Virus record (IMG/VR): IMGVR_UViG_3300017585_000052
DNA: 64,000 nt
Source: a virus
Lineage: Duplodnaviria; Heunggongvirae; Uroviricota; Caudoviricetes
Reading direction: 5' to 3' (one strand)
This document shows, in pieces, positions 33,804 through 43,497 of the stretch. The position numbers and the translations under genes are program-made. How positions within the stretch are numbered: the stretch's first letter is position 1; each line of letters opens with the position of its first letter. The notes beneath the pieces are model-generated. The model saw nothing but the letters and a program-made list of their open reading frames with translations. It did no database searches and was not told where the DNA came from.

Positions 33804-34031
33804 TCAACATCCCACTTTAATAATAACGGGTAAACAATCAACAGTAAGGTCTTCGCAGAAATGATTTAACGAACCATTATTAAGGCATACGGCGTTCACC
33901 ATTTCATACTCATCATTAGGTCGATACTTTGAATAATGTTCCTCACAGGCGATATATACACGGTCTCCATAGAGAAACGATTCTCCTACAGCAATGTCTC
34001 TAAAACAATATTTGGCCTTTTCAATTTTCAT
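33804..34031 (-). CDS. hypothetical protein
   Basis: Intact ORF. Confidence 0.4.
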   Translation of the reverse strand: MKIEKAKYCFRDIAVGESFLYGDRVYIACEEHYSKYRPNDEYEMVNAVCLNNGSLNHFCEDLTVDCLPVIIKVGC

Positions 34032-34138
34032 AATATGTATCTCCTTTGCTCTCTTAGTATTTGGGACTTGCCCCTCGTTCTGTGTATACTATAACACGGT
34101 TTATACCCACTTTTAGATTATTTTGCAACCCATGACTG

Positions 34139-34552
34139 CTACTCGTCAGAATCTTCACACATTTCATAATCATCAGGATAAAACGGGGTAGAGAACCCGG
34201 AGATTTTCCGTTCAATCTGTAAATATCTTTTAACTTCATATTGCAAATCTTTGATATTATCGAGGGTCTTCTCGGAATAATCATGCAGATAAGCGATAGC
34301 CGCTCTATCGCTAATAATTCTGGCATGACAGCCAGTATTATATCCTTGTATATAAATATTGCATGGGAAGTTGTCTGGCTTATCTATATAACAATACCCT
34401 TCGTGTCCACCTTTGCCAATGGCAACAAACAATCTATTCCCGTGCCACGAACACCCATCTATGAAGTATGGAATTTGATTCCAGTCGGATTCTGTTTCTA
34501 CACGTAATAACCTATTATTATAAGTGCGGTCTACCATATCATTCACCCTCAC
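34139..34552 (-). CDS. hypothetical protein
   Basis: Intact ORF. Confidence 0.45.
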   Translation of the reverse strand: MRVNDMVDRTYNNRLLRVETESDWNQIPYFIDGCSWHGNRLFVAIGKGGHEGYCYIDKPDNFPCNIYIQGYNTGCHARIISDRAAIAYLHDYSEKTLDNIKDLQYEVKRYLQIERKISGFSTPFYPDDYEMCEDSDE

Positions 34553-34946
34553 TTGGATTTACATTATTGCGAAGTTCATAAATTTTCTCGCCAGCATAAT
34601 CAATAATATCTACTACCGTTTCAGCTACTTTATCTGTAGCGGCAGAGGCCGTGTCAGAGATATATTCAGTAATGGCTTCAATATTATCTATCGTTGCATA
34701 CTTAGCGATAGCAATTTTGTACATAGTGGATTCAGAGGGAATTAGGATGTGCGCAAATAGAAATATTACGCATCCAATACCACTTGCAATATGTGCGATA
34801 GTCCAGCGTTTCTTATTGACTTCGTCAGCGAAAAACGAAACCACGAAAGCAATAGCCATTATAACAGTAATAATTACACAAATGGGTTTTAACGTGCTAA
34901 ACACATCTATAAGATAAAAATACGTAGGGTTAATAATTGGTTCCAT
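34539..34946 (-). CDS. membrane protein
   Basis: Several transmembrane helices. Confidence 0.45.
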   Translation of the reverse strand: MEPIINPTYFYLIDVFSTLKPICVIITVIMAIAFVVSFFADEVNKKRWTIAHIASGIGCVIFLFAHILIPSESTMYKIAIAKYATIDNIEAITEYISDTASAATDKVAETVVDIIDYAGEKIYELRNNVNPSEGE

Positions 34947-34949
34947 TAT

Positions 34950-35210
34950 TTATTCTCCTTTAGGCCAAGTATTGCAAGGCGTGTTTTCTCCATCAACAAA
35001 TACTTTAACGGACGTTACACTCGTGTGAGTAGGATTACCATTAGCATCTTTTGCCTGTGTCATGTTGCCAAATACAGTGGTAAGTTCATCATGCACCTGT
35101 TTTGCAATATCAGCTTGTTGTGCGCCAACAGCGATAGCCCGTTTAGTCAGAGCATCAATTTGGTCTTTGTCGATACTATTTTCGATAACGATAGTTGCTT
35201 CAATCTTCAT
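34950..35210 (-). CDS. hypothetical protein
   Basis: Intact ORF; GAGGAATCTAAATG start context. Confidence 0.45.
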   Translation of the reverse strand: MKIEATIVIENSIDKDQIDALTKRAIAVGAQQADIAKQVHDELTTVFGNMTQAKDANGNPTHTSVTSVKVFVDGENTPCNTWPKGE

Positions 35211-35219
35211 TTAGATTCC

Positions 35220-35549
35220 TCACATTCTCGGCAAAACAGTTCCCATAAACGGAATGTTCATAGGCTGTTCCTCTTCATTAGGGTTACGCTCCCAAGTATC
35301 AATGCTTTCTCCTGTCTCACTATCAAATACTTCGACCTTATTCACATAAATATCAACATTCGCTCCATTAGCGTCCTTATTCTGTCCAGAGGCGTTAGTC
35401 ATCTGGATTGTAAGTCTAAATTCATCCTTGATTTCGTCAGCGATAGAAAGTCCGTCACCAAAACCATTTTCCATAGACTTTTTCAACAGCTCTGGAATCT
35501 GATTTGCTGTTAAACTATTATCGTATTCCATTGTTACAAGATACTTCAT
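35220..35549 (-). CDS. hypothetical protein
   Basis: Intact ORF; AGGAGAATCTAAAATG start context. Confidence 0.45.
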   Translation of the reverse strand: MKYLVTMEYDNSLTANQIPELLKKSMENGFGDGLSIADEIKDEFRLTIQMTNASGQNKDANGANVDIYVNKVEVFDSETGESIDTWERNPNEEEQPMNIPFMGTVLPRM

Positions 35550-35561
35550 TTTAGATTCTCC

Positions 35562-36263
35562 TTATTCCATTTCTAAGCGACCTAATTGCGCTTCAATCTC
35601 CGCATACTTATAAACCTCTTTAGCTCTTTCTTGCCTTAGAACATCACAAGAATTTTCTTTTGCCATAATTTTAAGCATATCGTCTATAAAATATTTGGTC
35701 TGTTTATGAATACACATGGGCTGGCTACATTCGTTTTCCCACCATCTAAGCTCGGATTGATATGTGAATTTCTTGCCCTGATAAGCCATTCCAGCGCCGA
35801 GATAGTCACAAACACTTTCCAAGGCATATTTGAATGGCATCTGCAAGGCAATAGTTCCCTTATCGTAATAATCAGTCCACGCTTCGCGGTGGTGCAAATT
35901 ACGTCCCCTATGGTGAATCCATGACATAGAATAACCTTTGTCGTTCTTGCAAGCATTTATAGGACTTGTTTTGCCGCTGTAATAGTGAACCGATTCCCAA
36001 AATTCAGTGGGAGAAAACTTAGACAGGTCGTGTACGATTCCTTGCCAATATAATCCCGCCTGAAAGCAGTAATATCCAACGTACCACTTATGCTTGCAAA
36101 TCGTCTTTAGATGCCCAAAAAATCTTTGACCAAAACTCATCCCTTTATAGTCATACAATCCATTGGGTTGAACATAATCGCCCATTTGAATCACTCGCTT
36201 TCTTGAACTTTCAAGTCTTTTAAGATTTCTTTTAAGAATACCCATTTGGATATTGGAACGCAA
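35562..36263 (-). CDS. hypothetical protein (His/Trp-rich)
   Basis: Intact 233-aa ORF with no recognised motif. Confidence 0.5.
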   Translation of the reverse strand: MRSNIQMGILKRNLKRLESSRKRVIQMGDYVQPNGLYDYKGMSFGQRFFGHLKTICKHKWYVGYYCFQAGLYWQGIVHDLSKFSPTEFWESVHYYSGKTSPINACKNDKGYSMSWIHHRGRNLHHREAWTDYYDKGTIALQMPFKYALESVCDYLGAGMAYQGKKFTYQSELRWWENECSQPMCIHKQTKYFIDDMLKIMAKENSCDVLRQERAKEVYKYAEIEAQLGRLEME

Positions 36264-36336
36264 AAATCTTGTTCGCTTTCATCTAAAAGATAATAGAAAC
36301 CATCTTCTGCCTTTATCATGTCGTTCATAACCTACC

Positions 36337-36603
36337 TCAACAGAATAGTATCAACTTTTCCATATCAAGCTCTTTGGTGAAAATGCGGTAATGTGTCATT
36401 TTTTGTGCTGTAAACATAGAGACAACGATATATACGTCTTGACTCTCCTGTCTCATTTTGGTGGGATAACCCTTAAATGTTTTCTCGTAATCAGCCTGAA
36501 TCCAGTCAATAGCTTCTTGACGAGAATAACAGACGGTGGTTTCAATATCATAATGAGTGGATGAAGCACTCCTGACTACAATAGTGATGTTTCTATTCGT
36601 CAT
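36337..36603 (-). CDS. hypothetical protein
   Basis: ATGA overlap with upstream gene. Confidence 0.45.
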   Translation of the reverse strand: MTNRNITIVVRSASSTHYDIETTVCYSRQEAIDWIQADYEKTFKGYPTKMRQESQDVYIVVSMFTAQKMTHYRIFTKELDMEKLILFC

Positions 36604-36794
36604 TTTCTTTTAGATTCCTCTTTAGCCCTTGCTATTTCTTCTGACAATTCCATGTACCTATCATGGATTTCAACTATTGCTACCATAGGCCATAACAAAA
36701 CATCCGCGAACTCATCAGTGCTGTATTCACAAATTAAGCCGATTAAGGTATACAAAACGCCAAACGCGAAAAGAATCAAGAAAAATTCTGCCAT
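36600..36794 (-). CDS. small membrane protein
   Basis: Transmembrane helix; ends EESKRK*. Confidence 0.4.
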   Translation of the reverse strand: MAEFFLILFAFGVLYTLIGLICEYSTDEFADVLLWPMVAIVEIHDRYMELSEEIARAKEESKRK

Positions 36795-36802
36795 ACATTA
36801 CC

Positions 36803-37486
36803 TCACACATATTTAATTACTTTGGGAGTCTTTCTAAATACCCAAAAATAACAGTGAAACTTTCTCGCGTGTTTCTGATTTTTTAACTGCCAATCTGCCA
36901 CAAGCCTTGTTTTTGCTCCTAAGATAAATAAATCTTCTGGGTAAAAACCAATTTTAATAGCTTCGTTCATAATAAATACATGGCTCATATACTGTTTTCC
37001 ATGTGTAATCTTATCTTGGCACTTAAAAATCAGGATGCCGTCATCCATCAAAATCCTATATGCTTCTTTCATAGAATCTATATAGAATTGGTGAAGCGAT
37101 TCCTCATTTGGATAGACACCGAACCTGTGCGCAATAATATTTCTATCGTCATTCTCTTGTAAAGATTTACCAGAAGTAGCAAGAAATGGCGGGTCAAACA
37201 TCTCACAGCGAATACTCTCGGAATCAATCGGTAAACAACGACTGTCACCTTCCATGACGCTATCATCACAAGGGTGCAAATCCAGTCTCCAATACGGTTC
37301 TTTTATACCTGTGCTATTAAAGTTCCTGTCGTGGTAAAACCGTCCCACACTGTATGTGGGGTCGCAATCTATACAACCACATGGGACATAGAGTTTAAGT
37401 ATATTTTTAATAATTTCTATCTGGTCGAAAGATAAACTTTTAATCAATTCCACCGTAAATTCTCCTGTATGCTTCGGTCGATTCAC
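36803..37486 (-). CDS. putative DNA adenine methyltransferase (phage Dam-like)
   Basis: FDPPF motif IV and IDCDPTYSVG motif-I-like segment. Confidence 0.5.
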   Translation of the reverse strand: MNRPKHTGEFTVELIKSLSFDQIEIIKNILKLYVPCGCIDCDPTYSVGRFYHDRNFNSTGIKEPYWRLDLHPCDDSVMEGDSRCLPIDSESIRCEMFDPPFLATSGKSLQENDDRNIIAHRFGVYPNEESLHQFYIDSMKEAYRILMDDGILIFKCQDKITHGKQYMSHVFIMNEAIKIGFYPEDLFILGAKTRLVADWQLKNQKHARKFHCYFWVFRKTPKVIKYV

Positions 37487-37622
37487 AAAGTTGTTCCCTT
37501 AAAGCCTCACGAACTGACCTTTTCCAAGGACACTCCTCAAGGATAGTGTCAAGGGCCTTTATGATTTGAATTTGATTCTTTAGATTTAATTCATCTAAAT
37601 ATGATTTGGTTTCTTCATTCAT
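37440..37622 (-). CDS. hypothetical small protein
   Basis: 60-aa ORF overlapping the previous gene's start. Confidence 0.3.
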   Translation of the reverse strand: MNEETKSYLDELNLKNQIQIIKALDTILEECPWKRSVREALREQLCESTEAYRRIYGGID

Positions 37623-37693
37623 AATACTTTACTTCCAAACTCATCCCAATTATCTCCGCTAAAATAAATATCGTCACTAATCTTCATTTTAGC

Positions 37694-38155
37694 CTACAGT
37701 TCTTCCTCGTTACATTCTCCCATTAGGGCGTTGAGCGTCATTCTGTAACAGTTCATATTGGGAGAATATCTTGGATTCGTGAATATTGACATATCGTCAT
37801 TGGTAACAAACTTCATAATAGCCGCACAAACACCAGACGAACGGGAACAACCAGCTTCGCATTGGACAATAATAAGTCCAGCCCAATCATCGTGTTGTCT
37901 GACAAAATCTGCAACAAATTTACCTTGCGTTGGTGTCATTGCGATAGACCATTCGTCAGACTTTTCGCAATCATTGAACTGCAAACGTAAAAAGTGAATG
38001 TATGGCTCATGGCAATCATCACCAGCGATAGGAGAATCTGGGTCAGTAATAGAAATAACGATAGTATTCACCTTTTTTGGATTCATAAGGTAATTTTCAA
38101 GCATACACCGAGACATTACCTTAAATTTAGGATTCCACTCGCCCATACATATCAC
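37694..38155 (-). CDS. dual-specificity / tyrosine phosphatase-like protein
   Basis: CX5R P-loop VQCEAGCSRSSG. Confidence 0.6.
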   Translation of the reverse strand: MICMGEWNPKFKVMSRCMLENYLMNPKKVNTIVISITDPDSPIAGDDCHEPYIHFLRLQFNDCEKSDEWSIAMTPTQGKFVADFVRQHDDWAGLIIVQCEAGCSRSSGVCAAIMKFVTNDDMSIFTNPRYSPNMNCYRMTLNALMGECNEEEL

Positions 38156-38166
38156 CTCTTTTTAGA

Positions 38167-38682
38167 TTATTCGGGCATCATGCCAAACGGAAGTGGAGAA
38201 GCTGGCTGATTTGGGATGTTAAACCCATACTGACCGTTTGGCATCATTTGAATTAGTGGCAATGTGGCTCTTACCATCATAAGAATCTCACCAAGTCTGT
38301 TCTGACCTTTCTGATGGTCTACAAAGTCAGTTCCCCAATAATAGTCTCCCCAACTGTTGCCTTCCATTAGGATATTATTACCAGTCTGGAAAAGTTTATT
38401 TGCAATGTCAGGGTTCTGTGCAAATTTATTCCAGATGATACCGCGCATAACATCATCTTTTACTTCTTCCCAATCCTCACGCAAATCGGGAAGTACGCGT
38501 CCCATTTCTTTTGCTTTGCCAGAACCTACTCCCACAAAAGTTTTACGAACTTCCTCATCGAGAGTTTTCTGCGCCTGAAACGCTTCTTCCGAACTCTCAT
38601 AAGTAATCCCATTGTAAGTTACCTTGCAAGGATAGAAGTTACTAAGGAAGAAGTATTCGCCTTCAAATCTATCAATAATCAT
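38167..38682 (-). CDS. NADAR (YbiA/DUF1768) domain protein
   Basis: FLSNFYP...Y.S.E.AFQAQK is the NADAR signature. Confidence 0.7.
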   Translation of the reverse strand: MIIDRFEGEYFFLSNFYPCKVTYNGITYESSEEAFQAQKTLDEEVRKTFVGVGSGKAKEMGRVLPDLREDWEEVKDDVMRGIIWNKFAQNPDIANKLFQTGNNILMEGNSWGDYYWGTDFVDHQKGQNRLGEILMMVRATLPLIQMMPNGQYGFNIPNQPASPLPFGMMPE

Positions 38683-39062
38683 TTCTTAGATTTTCTCCTT
38701 TTCTTCTGTTTGTATACTTCACGCTCATATCCAGTAAACGGTTCTACTTCTGATAATGATTTTCTATAATCTATAATAACCGCTATTGCGCAAGCTATTA
38801 TTTCTAATAGAACTGCGATAGGCCATAACACCACGTCAATAAATGACATAAGCATATACCTGTCAGATATTACCAGTTCTACGCGCCAAAGCAATTCTTC
38901 ATTGAATTTTCTTCTTAGATGTTCAGTTTTACCAGATTTCTCAGTTGCCCTATATGCGATATGAAGCCATACTGTCTTGCCCAATATAATCCAACCCTCA
39001 ACCACTATTATCAACACAACGGCAAGCACAAGAGTGAGAGCGATTCCTGATACAATCTCCAT
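38679..39062 (-). CDS. membrane protein
   Basis: Start moved to the internal Met (MEIVSGIALTLV...) because a consensus promoter lies inside the longer ORF. Confidence 0.4.
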   Translation of the reverse strand: MEIVSGIALTLVLAVVLIIVVEGWIILGKTVWLHIAYRATEKSGKTEHLRRKFNEELLWRVELVISDRYMLMSFIDVVLWPIAVLLEIIACAIAVIIDYRKSLSEVEPFTGYEREVYKQKKRRKSKK

Positions 39063-39110
39063 ATTTATCAATAAAACATTAAACTTTTCGACCAATCGAG
39101 TTGTGCGATA

Positions 39111-39139
39111 ATTATACGACAAAATCCGTCTTTTGTCAA
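39111..39139 (-). promoter_or_regulatory. sigma70-type consensus promoter
   Basis: Minus orientation: TTGACA, 17-nt spacer, TATAAT. Confidence 0.55.
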
Positions 39140-39173
39140 GCACCTCTCGCAGATTGTAACATATTGTTAATAT

Positions 39174-40022
39174 TTACGAAAGGTCTGAAAAGCGCAATGA
39201 AATCCAGCGTTTCTTGCCATTTACACGGTATTCGAGCCACGTTCCACTGCCGCCAAGTTTAGTTTCGAGCGTTTCAAGTACCTTATCATCTAAAGACAAA
39301 ATGTTCTGCCTGAACTTATCAATATCCTCAAATGAGTAATTACCGCGAAGTTGCAACAATCTCAAAGTCCTATTGAGTTCAGCTATTGCATAATCTTTTT
39401 CTGTCATATTAGCGGTAGACAGGTCTGCTGTCTTTAGTGCCCTACAACATTTACTCGCGCTTGCAAAATCCTTATAGATTCTGTTAAAAGGTACGACCCT
39501 TGTGGCTTTAGTAAACTCCAAACTTGGAGTATCATACTTTACTCTGAGAATCCAGCCCTTGTGTTTATCAATATCGGCCTCGAATTTGCCGCTAAAATTA
39601 TCTTTGACTTTGCACCAAACTCTATCTTCCAGAGCCTTTTTCAGAGAATCTAAATCTTGCCAGTTGACGGCCTCTTGCTTCTTTTTGTTTATATTATCAC
39701 GACAAATATCAACCACGGAAAATAATGTAGTATTATAAGTCCAACCTTTTGGAAGTTTGTGCCAATCTTCTTGATATTGAGAAAATTCCTCTGCCTTGAT
39801 TCCGTTGTGATATTGACTAAAAACATGGAGTTCTTTGCGCGGAGTTAAGAAATCAACCGTAATATGAAATGGGTCAATAATCTCGACAATCTGGCAAGCT
39901 GACATCCAATATTTGCCGTTACTGATTGTTACATAAGGTTCGTTTACAACAGCGTAACAAATATCGCCTTCGTGTAATTCATTTGCAAACCAGTTACTTG
40001 TATATTGTTCAAGATTTTCCAT
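39174..40022 (-). CDS. hypothetical protein
   Basis: Intact 282-aa ORF. Confidence 0.5.
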   Translation of the reverse strand: MENLEQYTSNWFANELHEGDICYAVVNEPYVTISNGKYWMSACQIVEIIDPFHITVDFLTPRKELHVFSQYHNGIKAEEFSQYQEDWHKLPKGWTYNTTLFSVVDICRDNINKKKQEAVNWQDLDSLKKALEDRVWCKVKDNFSGKFEADIDKHKGWILRVKYDTPSLEFTKATRVVPFNRIYKDFASASKCCRALKTADLSTANMTEKDYAIAELNRTLRLLQLRGNYSFEDIDKFRQNILSLDDKVLETLETKLGGSGTWLEYRVNGKKRWISLRFSDLS

Positions 40023-40458
40023 AAGTTATAAAACTCCCATCACATTCAAGTAACTGATTCATTTTGTCCATAATCATACGCCGCTCGTTATCAAGTTCGC
40101 TACGTTCCGAAATACTATCGGTATTTCTCATTTCTTCGGTAAGCTCGTGTTCAGCTTCTTCCAGCTTGTAGTATTCGTCTGTACAATCAGTCGTTGTGTA
40201 CTCAATTTCAATGGGCTGTCCGCAATAGGGGCAAAATCTAATAGGAACTAAAATATCATTAGTCCAGCTATCTTCATAGCTCGTAATTTCTTCCTGTTTT
40301 GTCAGACAAACGACAGGCTTTGAATAATCCTCTGTGTCTTGTGGATAGCCAACTGTGATAAAGTTTTCTTTGGTGAAATCCTTGCACATACCATCAACCG
40401 AATCAATGGTAAAACCATAATCATCGCCAATTTTTCTTACAGAGACCTTAACTAACAT
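40009..40458 (-). CDS. hypothetical protein with CPYCG zinc-ribbon motif
   Basis: Intact ORF. Confidence 0.45.
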   Translation of the reverse strand: MLVKVSVRKIGDDYGFTIDSVDGMCKDFTKENFITVGYPQDTEDYSKPVVCLTKQEEITSYEDSWTNDILVPIRFCPYCGQPIEIEYTTTDCTDEYYKLEEAEHELTEEMRNTDSISERSELDNERRMIMDKMNQLLECDGSFITYGKS

Positions 40459-40851
40459 TTATTTCTCCTTTAACCACTTCTTAATGCGAAATCTGCGAGT
40501 AATATTGTCAGTGGCCTTATCCTGTTTATCATCATCTGTATTATTATAAATTTCAGAAACAATGGTCTTAACGGACTCGTTAAAGTTGCGCAGATTCTTG
40601 TCGAGCCTCACATAACCATATTGACCTTTACTCACATACGTTTTGCTCTTATCGTCAACGATGATGTAATCTAAGAGGATAGAGGTAGTTGGGGAAGTGA
40701 AAACATTCGCGCCGCACAGCCACTTCATAAAGGTATCATATTGAGACTTGTAATCCTCAATATCTGCTTTAGATGTAATCTGCTTCATAAGTGTACCGTA
40801 CTCGCCATGAGTTTGAGCGTCAATGACCGAAATGTTAATCTGAGAAATCAT
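40459..40851 (-). CDS. hypothetical protein
   Basis: Intact ORF. Confidence 0.45.
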   Translation of the reverse strand: MISQINISVIDAQTHGEYGTLMKQITSKADIEDYKSQYDTFMKWLCGANVFTSPTTSILLDYIIVDDKSKTYVSKGQYGYVRLDKNLRNFNESVKTIVSEIYNNTDDDKQDKATDNITRRFRIKKWLKEK

Positions 40852-40854
40852 AAA

Positions 40855-41256
40855 TTACCTCGCAAACGGTTGCATAATAAGGAATGTAGCTGAAATCTGA
40901 ATCACATGGAGAATCTGGTCTGTATAAAGTCCAATTTTGTGTTTGTTGGCTTTCGCGTTATCCACAATAAAGTGAATGACAGTATTCATAAGAACTACTA
41001 TACCAAAAGCTGTATCAAAAGCGGTTGTATAAATTGCTCCACTAAAGAATGAATAAATCAGGATGGGAAACATAATACTGATAGCCCACTGTAAAGAGTG
41101 CCAAGTCAGGGCAACCGCCCAATCATCTTTATAAAGTTCATCGGGATAATTTTTGTTCCACCAATCCTTACATTTCATATCGGCAAGGATTCCCTGATTA
41201 TGAAAATCATCCCAAATATGAACCCAAAACATAGTCAGAAAAGTGATAATACCCAT
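40855..41256 (-). CDS. membrane protein
   Basis: Four predicted transmembrane helices. Confidence 0.45.
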   Translation of the reverse strand: MGIITFLTMFWVHIWDDFHNQGILADMKCKDWWNKNYPDELYKDDWAVALTWHSLQWAISIMFPILIYSFFSGAIYTTAFDTAFGIVVLMNTVIHFIVDNAKANKHKIGLYTDQILHVIQISATFLIMQPFAR

Positions 41257-41258
41257 TA

Positions 41259-41549
41259 CTACAGACCTCTTTTCAGCATCTTGCTGCGCTTTCTCTGCGC
41301 TTTAAGCAGTTCACGTTGATGCCACCATTCATGTTCTTCAAACTTTTGCAGATACGGACAATTTTTACCAAGACATTCATGTGATTTAATCGCCGCAGTC
41401 GTTAAATACCCTTTGTGTGTTATATTATGACAATAAGCTGGATAAGATTTATTATTTGATTTACGCCTTGTTATCTGCGGATGTCTCGGTGTGCTCATTC
41501 TCTTTCTCCTTTTTCGGTTCATTATTACAAACCGTATTCCAAAGTTCAT
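41259..41549 (-). CDS. basic small protein
   Basis: Overlaps the 3' end of the next gene out of frame. Coding status uncertain. Confidence 0.3.
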   Translation of the reverse strand: MNFGIRFVIMNRKRRKRMSTPRHPQITRRKSNNKSYPAYCHNITHKGYLTTAAIKSHECLGKNCPYLQKFEEHEWWHQRELLKAQRKRSKMLKRGL

Positions 41550-42027
41550 TAGTCACATACACAGTATAGAAGCTGTGCGTTCCACAACGATGATAGTCCC
41601 TTAATTTAATCCTCTTAACTACCATACCCTTCTTATCTACAAATAGAACTTCCTCTCCGCTGTCGAGTTTTACTTGTACTGAATGATGATAAGGGAATGT
41701 GGTCTTGATATTATATACGTCACGAAGTTCTGCGTACCGAGTTCCTTCTTTGACTTTTGCAGTTTCCATAACCTGTGCGTAATAATTCTTCTGCTTGTCG
41801 AGACTATTCTCTGCGTTCTGAATAATCTTGCGCATAAACGGCACATCGGAATCTACAATCTTTCTTAGAAAATGTTCCCCTTTGTCCGTCTGCTCACCGA
41901 CCATGACAATAGGATATTTTTCTGGCATTTTGTAGAGAGTGTATTTGTCTCCTATTTCCATGAACGTCTTTAGTTGTTGTTCGCCTTGGAAGATATAAAA
42001 CATCTTATCCTTTTTTAGCTTTTTCAT
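41461..42027 (-). CDS. hypothetical protein
   Basis: Start taken at MKKLKKDKMFYIF with RBS GGCGAGGTG. Confidence 0.45.
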   Translation of the reverse strand: MKKLKKDKMFYIFQGEQQLKTFMEIGDKYTLYKMPEKYPIVMVGEQTDKGEHFLRKIVDSDVPFMRKIIQNAENSLDKQKNYYAQVMETAKVKEGTRYAELRDVYNIKTTFPYHHSVQVKLDSGEEVLFVDKKGMVVKRIKLRDYHRCGTHSFYTVYVTNELWNTVCNNEPKKEKENEHTETSADNKA

Positions 42028-42062
42028 GTCACACCTCGCCTTATTTGTTACTCTTATTATAG

Positions 42063-42095
42063 CACAAAACCGCCCCAAAGTCAAGTGGGGCGGTA
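42063..42095 (-). terminator. rho-independent terminator
   Basis: CCGCCCCA..CTTGAC..TGGGGCGG followed by TTTTGTG in minus orientation. Confidence 0.6.
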
Positions 42096-42126
42096 AAATT
42101 CACAAAAATTTCACAATTTATCAGGC

Positions 42127-42876
42127 TTATTCTTTTAGATTCTTTACGTATTCTCTTACCGTAACAGCCTGACCGCAAGACATTCGACCCTCTTGGCAAG
42201 CACCTCTCACGCAAGATGGGCCAGCGTCACGAAACAAATGCGGGGCAATAGGATAAACCAGCGCAAGCATTTGATAAGCAACTTCTCTAATCTCTGTCTG
42301 CGCACGATTGCAACATCTAAGCTCAAAGAAATGCAGCAATTCTCTCGCGTTCATTGTAACAATCATAGCAGTGTTACAAGCCTCTGGGAGAACATACCGA
42401 GCGTTTTCTTGTGCTTTCTTTTTAGCGGCCTTTTCTTCCATACCAGAATCAACATAAATCTTTGTTAGATGCTCAACAAGAGAATTATAATTCTCAAAAG
42501 ATTTCTTGTATGATTCTGTAAACAGCCAGTCAACGCCGTTTTCTGCCATGTAATCCTGCTCTGGTATAACGCAATCGGCATTTGCCATCGAGCAATACCT
42601 TTGACTTCTGCATGAGTAAGCGCAACCTACCCTATGTCTCGTTATCTGAGCAAGAAAACTACGACTGACACCTTCGATACTGAAAGTAAATGAAACGTGT
42701 TCAAAAGGCGATTGATGCCCAAGGTTTGTTAAATGGTCTAAGAAAGAATTTACTTTATCTTCTGTTAAACCATCCCTCAGCTTATTAACATCACTATTAG
42801 AATAGCACAGTTTTGCTGCTGCTGCCACAATTTTTTCTGGCTCAGGAGTATACGTAATTAGTTTGACTTTTGCCAT
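42127..42876 (-). CDS. thyX: FAD-dependent thymidylate synthase
   Basis: ThyX motif TRHRVGCAYSCRSQRY (RHRx7S). Confidence 0.85.
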   Translation of the reverse strand: MAKVKLITYTPEPEKIVAAAAKLCYSNSDVNKLRDGLTEDKVNSFLDHLTNLGHQSPFEHVSFTFSIEGVSRSFLAQITRHRVGCAYSCRSQRYCSMANADCVIPEQDYMAENGVDWLFTESYKKSFENYNSLVEHLTKIYVDSGMEEKAAKKKAQENARYVLPEACNTAMIVTMNARELLHFFELRCCNRAQTEIREVAYQMLALVYPIAPHLFRDAGPSCVRGACQEGRMSCGQAVTVREYVKNLKE

Positions 42877-42888
42877 TTACTAATCGCC

Positions 42889-43164
42889 TCATTTAGATTC
42901 TTCGTTATTGATTACCAACTTACCATCAACAGTCTCGTAGCGGTTTCCCTTATAAAGCATGACAAAAATCTCACCATTATCATCGTAATAAATGGTCGGA
43001 GTTTCGATTGCTACTCTGCTATCTGAATTAGGCTCCTGAACGTAACACTTGCGAGGGAAACCAGCTCCATCAATCATATCATACCGAGAAAGTACAAGTC
43101 TTGTGGTGGAAGTTGGTCTAATATTGTTTGCGTCTGAAAGATTATTTCTCACAAAACACTTCAT
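42889..43164 (-). CDS. hypothetical protein
   Basis: Ends NNEESK* with ATGA overlap. Confidence 0.45.
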   Translation of the reverse strand: MKCFVRNNLSDANNIRPTSTTRLVLSRYDMIDGAGFPRKCYVQEPNSDSRVAIETPTIYYDDNGEIFVMLYKGNRYETVDGKLVINNEESK

Positions 43165-43179
43165 ACTTTTCTCCTTAGA

Positions 43180-43482
43180 TTACAGAACGTGCGGCTTATA
43201 AATCTTTAATGCGGACGAGGCGCTCTCATAAACTTCTGGGATTGCCTTAAATACAGTGTCGATAATAGAAGTAGCGAAATCTAAAGCCTGAGAATAATTA
43301 TCAAACAGGAATGTATCTTCGGTTTCATCGCCTTCTGAATCAATGAGATTATATGTGATACCAACCTTGACAGCGCCAGAAGCAGTACCAGTTTTCTGTC
43401 CAGATACTTCAAGAGTAGCTCCGTCTGCTGACGAAGTGAATTTAGCTGAATAAATAGGATATGTGGTAGTTTCTGCCATCAT
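43180..43482 (-). CDS. hypothetical protein
   Basis: Intact ORF. Confidence 0.45.
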   Translation of the reverse strand: MMAETTTYPIYSAKFTSSADGATLEVSGQKTGTASGAVKVGITYNLIDSEGDETEDTFLFDNYSQALDFATSIIDTVFKAIPEVYESASSALKIYKPHVL

Positions 43483-43497
43483 TATTTTCCTCCGTTA

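Noticed and set aside
28451-43175. Reading the recurring ATCTAAA as anticodon loops of CUA suppressor tRNAs.
   Set aside because: No flanking anticodon or other tRNA stems are present. The motif is the SD-to-ATG spacer and C-terminal coding sequence of adjacent genes.
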